DNA from: an uncultured Aquimarina sp.
GTDB lineage: Bacteria; Bacteroidota; Bacteroidia; Flavobacteriales; Flavobacteriaceae
DNA: 64,000 nucleotides
Direction: 5' to 3'
Assembly (NCBI GenBank): GCA_947500545.1
Contig: CANMSO010000013.1
Location: 24,491 to 88,490 of the forward strand
This document shows, in pieces, positions 59,894-64,000 of this stretch (the first letter of the stretch is position 1; every line of letters starts with the position of its first letter). The notes below the pieces were generated by a model that searched no databases, had not been told where the DNA came from, and saw only the letters and a list, made by a program, of their open reading frames with translations. Position numbers and translations under genes: made by a program.

Positions 59894-60855
59894 TAGCGCA
59901 GTACCAAAATGCTTATACAGAAATGAGCAAACAATTGTTTTCAAACAACCCATTTACCTGGGTGTATGGATTATCCAGAACTACTCTCGCTATATGTTCT
60001 TTGATAACACTCACTTTTAGTGAGACTACTGTATTATTTGATGAAGCTATTTATAATAACCGTCTAAAGGAGGAAATATTCAACCAATACAACTTATTTT
60101 ACCTATTTGGATGGGAGTATTTGAGATATGCCAAAGCTTTGGCAATTTTGTTGTTGTTATTAGTTGCTTCTGGATGGCGCCCACGATTTACAGGGGTGTT
60201 TCAATGGTGGGTCACGGCTAGTTTTTATTATTCATCGAGTATTCTTGAAGGAGGAGATCAGATTGCGATGATTCTTACTTTATTATTAATTCCAGTTACT
60301 TTGTTGGATAATAGGAAATGGCATTGGCAAACTTGTGATCGATTTTCTGAATACAAAAAATTTGTTGGCAATTTGATGTTTGTATCGGTGGCTCTTCAGA
60401 TGTCCTTACTGTATTTAAATGCTGCGATGGATAAAATCTATACTTCTGACGAGTGGAAGGTGGGTAGCGCATTTTATTACTATGTTAATGATGCATTTTT
60501 TAGTTATCCCGATTGGATGGATCCACTAATGATAAATCTGCTTAACAATTCTTTCTTTGTCTCTGCAGTTACCTGGGGTACCATTTTATTAGAACTGATG
60601 CTATTTGGTATTCTTTTTTCTAGTACTAAGAATAAGCGTTTGTTGTTTCCGTTTGCTGTAATGTTTCACTTCGCAATTGTACTGTTCTTAGGATTGTTTA
60701 GTTTCTTTTTTGCAATGTTAGGAGGATTGATATTGTATTTAGTTCCGAAAGAAACTCCAGTACCAAGATTTAAGTTTCAGAAGCCAAGTTTTATTTCGTG
60801 GATTAAGATTTCAGAATTTCTACCAATCCCTTTCCTAAAAAAGAATAGTTTATAA
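59890..60855 (+). CDS. SdpB-family HTTM-like membrane protein
   Basis: ATGA overlap with the upstream gene; NPFTWVYGLSRT, SGWRPR, EGGDQI, QMSLLYLNAA, FHFAI. Confidence 0.82.
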   Translation: MIAQYQNAYTEMSKQLFSNNPFTWVYGLSRTTLAICSLITLTFSETTVLFDEAIYNNRLKEEIFNQYNLFYLFGWEYLRYAKALAILLLLLVASGWRPRFTGVFQWWVTASFYYSSSILEGGDQIAMILTLLLIPVTLLDNRKWHWQTCDRFSEYKKFVGNLMFVSVALQMSLLYLNAAMDKIYTSDEWKVGSAFYYYVNDAFFSYPDWMDPLMINLLNNSFFVSAVTWGTILLELMLFGILFSSTKNKRLLFPFAVMFHFAIVLFLGLFSFFFAMLGGLILYLVPKETPVPRFKFQKPSFISWIKISEFLPIPFLKKNSL

Positions 60856-60911
60856 AAATTTCTAAGAGAAAAATCCTGAAGTACTACTAAATCTATATTG
60901 ACTTCGAAAAC

Positions 60912-60940
60912 AAAAAGCTCCTTATTAGAGAAGCTTTTTT
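60912..60940 (+). terminator. Probable intrinsic terminator after the sdp-like cassette
   Basis: AAAAAGCT ... AGCTTTTTT inverted repeat. Confidence 0.6.
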
Positions 60941-61221
60941 CTTTTTATTTCCAGGGTGGGTAGGAGCGTTTATTAAAGTCCGGTTAATTTTTGTATCTTT
61001 ATTAATAATCTGACCCTCAAATATTTATATAGAATCTAGGTGAATTACCTGTTTTTAAATAAAACCATCGAAAACCCCTTCACAACGAACTAAAAAAGGT
61101 GAGTATTTATTAAAAGTTATGCATAACAAGCCATAATTAGTTCTGTAAATGGAATAAAACCATCGTACTTGACCATTAAATGTGAACTATTTTTAAAGAT
61201 CTTTCTTAATGTTAATAAACC

Positions 61222-63960
61222 ATGGGGGTAAATGACGAAATAAATATTTTTATTGCATATTCTAGAAAGGATGAAAATTACCTTATAGAATTAAAAAAAT
61301 ATGTAATCCCATTAGAACGTAGAAAATCTATTAATTTCTGGTATGATGGTGAAATAAAGCCAGGAGAAGTATGGGAGGAGGAAATAAAAAAACAATTACA
61401 TAAAGCCGATATAGTAATCCTTCTTGTTAGTGCAAATTCTATTGCTTCTGAATATTTTTATGAAAAGGAAGTGGCTGACGCACTAGAGCGGCATAATAAT
61501 AATGAAACCATAGTAATTCCTATTATTTTAAAAAACTGTGCCTGGAACTTAACTCCTCTATTTGATTTACAAGCGCTTCCCAAGAATGGAAAACCCATTA
61601 GCAACTGGAAAGATGATTCAGATGCATATACCTATATAGTTCATAAATTGAATGAAAGGATTGAAACCATTCTCGATAAGAGATTAGAAGTCAAAGATAA
61701 GCAGAAACAAAAAGAGAAAGCTGAAGCAAAAAGAAAGGCTGAAGAAAAACGGAAACAAAAACAGGAAGAGGAGGCTGAAGTAAGAAGACAGGTAGAAGAA
61801 AAGCGGAAACAAAAAGAGGAGGCTGAGTCTAAAAGACAGACGGAAGAAAAACGGAAACAGGAAGAGGAAGCTGAGACGAAAAGACAAACAGAGGAAAAGC
61901 AGAAACAAAAAGAAGAAGCTGAGGTAAAAAGTTCGATTGAGCAGAAACAGTATGAAGTGTCTTGGAGAAGGGTTGAAAAATCCTTTTGGTTATATAAAGA
62001 AGGAAATTTAATTAGTGGTATCGGTAAAACCGCAAGTGCTTGGTTTGATAATGATCTTCTCGTTTTTCATAAGGAAAGTAAAATAACTTATGTTCTTGAA
62101 AATTATAAAAACTTAGCAGATAATAAATTAAGACCGGCAAAAATACTGGGACAACATGAAGTATACTGGAGAGGGCATGATAATTTATATTGGTTATATA
62201 AACAAGGAAATTTAATTAGCTCAGGTGGCAAAACGACCAGTACCTGGTCTGGAAATGATCTTATTGTTTACCATAAAGCTAGCAAAACGAAATATGTACT
62301 TAAGAATTATAGGAATTTGCAGGATAATGCTTTGAGGCCTGCAAAAATATATAATGAGACAACAAGAAATAAAGAGGTATTTGGGATTAAAAAGAAACGA
62401 TACAGAACCTCAATAATAATTGCGGCTATAATCGGAGTTATTATAGGTGTAATATGGATATCTAAAGGTATACGGGATGATTTTGCATGGAAAGACGCAA
62501 CTCGTTTTAATACAATTTATGGATATAAAGTATACCAGAAAAATTATCCAAGAGGATCACACTTTTATGAAGCTCAAAGAAGGATTACTAAAATCGAAAG
62601 TGAAAAAAATGACTGGGATAGATTGTCTTTGCTGAACACCAAAGAAGCTTATGAAGAATATTTGAAAAACCATCCTTATGGGGCTAATGCTTATAATGCT
62701 AAAAAACAAATTGAGGAGATACAAAAAAATGATTGGGAAAGAGCTCTTGCATTAAATACTGCAGATGCCTATAATGATTATTTAAAAAATTACCCAAGAG
62801 GGTCATGGGTATCTGTCGCCAAAGAGAAACTGAAAGCCCAGGTAGAAAAAGAAGCAGACGGAAATCAGGAATTAAAAAAGAAAATCAAGGCTCTACCGGT
62901 CAAGAAAAAAGTGAAAATAACAGGAAATAAGACCGTGAGTGAACAGTATGAAGTGTCTTGGAAGAAATCGGGAAATAAATATTGGTTATATAAAAGGGGA
63001 GTTTTAATTACCGGAGATGGAACTAGTACTTGGTCGGATAATGATCTTCTGGCTTATGACAAAAATAGCAAAATGACTTATCTTCTTGAAGATTATAAAA
63101 ATCTGAAAGAAAATGAGTTAAGGCCTGCAAAAATATTAGGAGACAATGAAGTATACTATAGAGGGACCAAAGATATATATTGGTTGTATAAACAAGGAAG
63201 TTTAATTAATGGAGACGGGAAAACAACATCTTCTTGGTCTGTTAATGATGAACTTGTTTATCACAAGAATAGCAAAATGACCTATCTTCTTGAAAATGCC
63301 GCTAATTTGCTAGATAATAAATTAAGACCTGCTAAAATATTAGGGAAGCATGAGGTATATTGGAGAGGAAACAAAGATACATATTGGTTATATATACAAG
63401 GAAGTCTAATTAGTGGGAAAGGAATAACAACATCTGTCTGGTCTGGTAATGATGCTCTTGTTTACAATAAGAATAGCAAAATGACATATCTTCTTGAGAA
63501 TTGTAAAATACGGAAGGGTAATAAGTTAAGGTCTGCAGAAATATTAGGAAATCATGAAGTGTATTGGAGAGGAGATAAGAATGTATATTGGTTGTATAAA
63601 CAAGGAAGTTTAATTAATGGCGGGAGTGGAAAAACAACAAATTCTTGGTTTGACAAAAACCTTGTTGTTTATCATAAGAATAGTAAAATAACCTATCTTT
63701 TTAAGAACTATACAAATTCGAAGGATAATATGTTAAGACCTGCAAAAATACTAGGCCAAAATGAAGTATACTGGAGGAATGATAAAGGTCAGTATTGTTT
63801 GTACAAGCAAGGAAATATAATTAGTGGAGTAGGGAAAACAAAAACAACTTGGTCCGGTAGTGATTTACATGTTCTTCACCAAGCTAGTGGAATAACTTAT
63901 ATTTTGGAGAACTACAAAAATTTAGCCGATAATACACTAAGGCCCACAAAGAGGCTGTAA
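61222..63960 (+). CDS. TIR-domain membrane protein with a coiled coil and seven ~68-aa repeats
   Basis: TIR motifs IFIAYSRKD, FWYD, SEYFYEKEV and VIPII; E/K-rich linker; TM IIIAAIIGVIIGVIWI; internal repeats. Confidence 0.88.
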   Translation: MGVNDEINIFIAYSRKDENYLIELKKYVIPLERRKSINFWYDGEIKPGEVWEEEIKKQLHKADIVILLVSANSIASEYFYEKEVADALERHNNNETIVIPIILKNCAWNLTPLFDLQALPKNGKPISNWKDDSDAYTYIVHKLNERIETILDKRLEVKDKQKQKEKAEAKRKAEEKRKQKQEEEAEVRRQVEEKRKQKEEAESKRQTEEKRKQEEEAETKRQTEEKQKQKEEAEVKSSIEQKQYEVSWRRVEKSFWLYKEGNLISGIGKTASAWFDNDLLVFHKESKITYVLENYKNLADNKLRPAKILGQHEVYWRGHDNLYWLYKQGNLISSGGKTTSTWSGNDLIVYHKASKTKYVLKNYRNLQDNALRPAKIYNETTRNKEVFGIKKKRYRTSIIIAAIIGVIIGVIWISKGIRDDFAWKDATRFNTIYGYKVYQKNYPRGSHFYEAQRRITKIESEKNDWDRLSLLNTKEAYEEYLKNHPYGANAYNAKKQIEEIQKNDWERALALNTADAYNDYLKNYPRGSWVSVAKEKLKAQVEKEADGNQELKKKIKALPVKKKVKITGNKTVSEQYEVSWKKSGNKYWLYKRGVLITGDGTSTWSDNDLLAYDKNSKMTYLLEDYKNLKENELRPAKILGDNEVYYRGTKDIYWLYKQGSLINGDGKTTSSWSVNDELVYHKNSKMTYLLENAANLLDNKLRPAKILGKHEVYWRGNKDTYWLYIQGSLISGKGITTSVWSGNDALVYNKNSKMTYLLENCKIRKGNKLRSAEILGNHEVYWRGDKNVYWLYKQGSLINGGSGKTTNSWFDKNLVVYHKNSKITYLFKNYTNSKDNMLRPAKILGQNEVYWRNDKGQYCLYKQGNIISGVGKTKTTWSGSDLHVLHQASGITYILENYKNLADNTLRPTKRL
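61720..61929 (+). repeat. ~48-nt imperfect tandem repeat encoding (E/K)EEAExKRQxEEKRKQ
   Basis: About four 16-aa units visible in both DNA and protein. Confidence 0.8.
61951..62352 (+). repeat. Two copies of the ~204-nt coding repeat before the TM helix
   Basis: Unit starts at 61951 and 62155. Confidence 0.85.
62947..63957 (+). repeat. Five copies of the ~204-nt coding repeat after the TM helix
   Basis: Unit starts at 62947, 63145, 63349, 63553 and 63760. Confidence 0.85.
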
Positions 63961-64000
63961 GAAAAATATAACATCTGTTAAAAATATGTTCTGTAGATAT

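Noticed and set aside
61222-61680. Calling the TIR gene Thoeris ThsB
   Set aside because: No ThsA-like SIR2/Macro partner is in view and the architecture is very different; the downstream context is outside the window.
61684-61908. Phe/Leu-rich 74-aa minus-strand ORF resembling a membrane protein
   Set aside because: It is the antisense reading of the GAA/AAA-rich charged repeat.
1-64000. tRNA, rRNA, riboswitch, integrase or IS elements
   Set aside because: None recognised by eye in the intergenic regions. A covariance-model scan would be needed to exclude small ncRNAs.

Overview
AT-rich Bacteroidota chromosome segment, most likely Flavobacteriaceae (Bacteroidota-type TAnnTTTG promoter boxes, typical gene order). 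Mostly housekeeping: partial gap, lipA, murB, valS, psd, cdsA, ftsH, rsfS, birA, pyrE, coaD, ddl, an RluA-family synthase, csp, yaaA, pyc, and a trpEGD-CFBA operon with an unannotated WWW leader peptide and attenuator. Accessory loci worth attention: (1) a coupled three-gene unit at 21.4-23.7 kb encoding a divergent Lgt paralog, a radical SAM enzyme with the architecture of archaeal tetraether synthase (Tes/MJ0619), and a 72-aa membrane protein with one Cys in a lipobox-like position, a candidate new lipid or lipopeptide modification system; (2) an SdpCAB-like toxin cassette with a lipoprotein precursor whose core has no Cys and no adjacent immunity gene; (3) a membrane-anchored TIR protein with seven copies of a ~68-aa repeat I do not recognise, on both sides of its TM helix; (4) an orphan double-glycine RiPP-like precursor missed by the ORF track; (5) a REP-like palindromic element with compensatory changes inside the trp operon. 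I saw no rRNA, tRNA, CRISPR array or transposase. Family calls are from motif recognition only; no searches were run.
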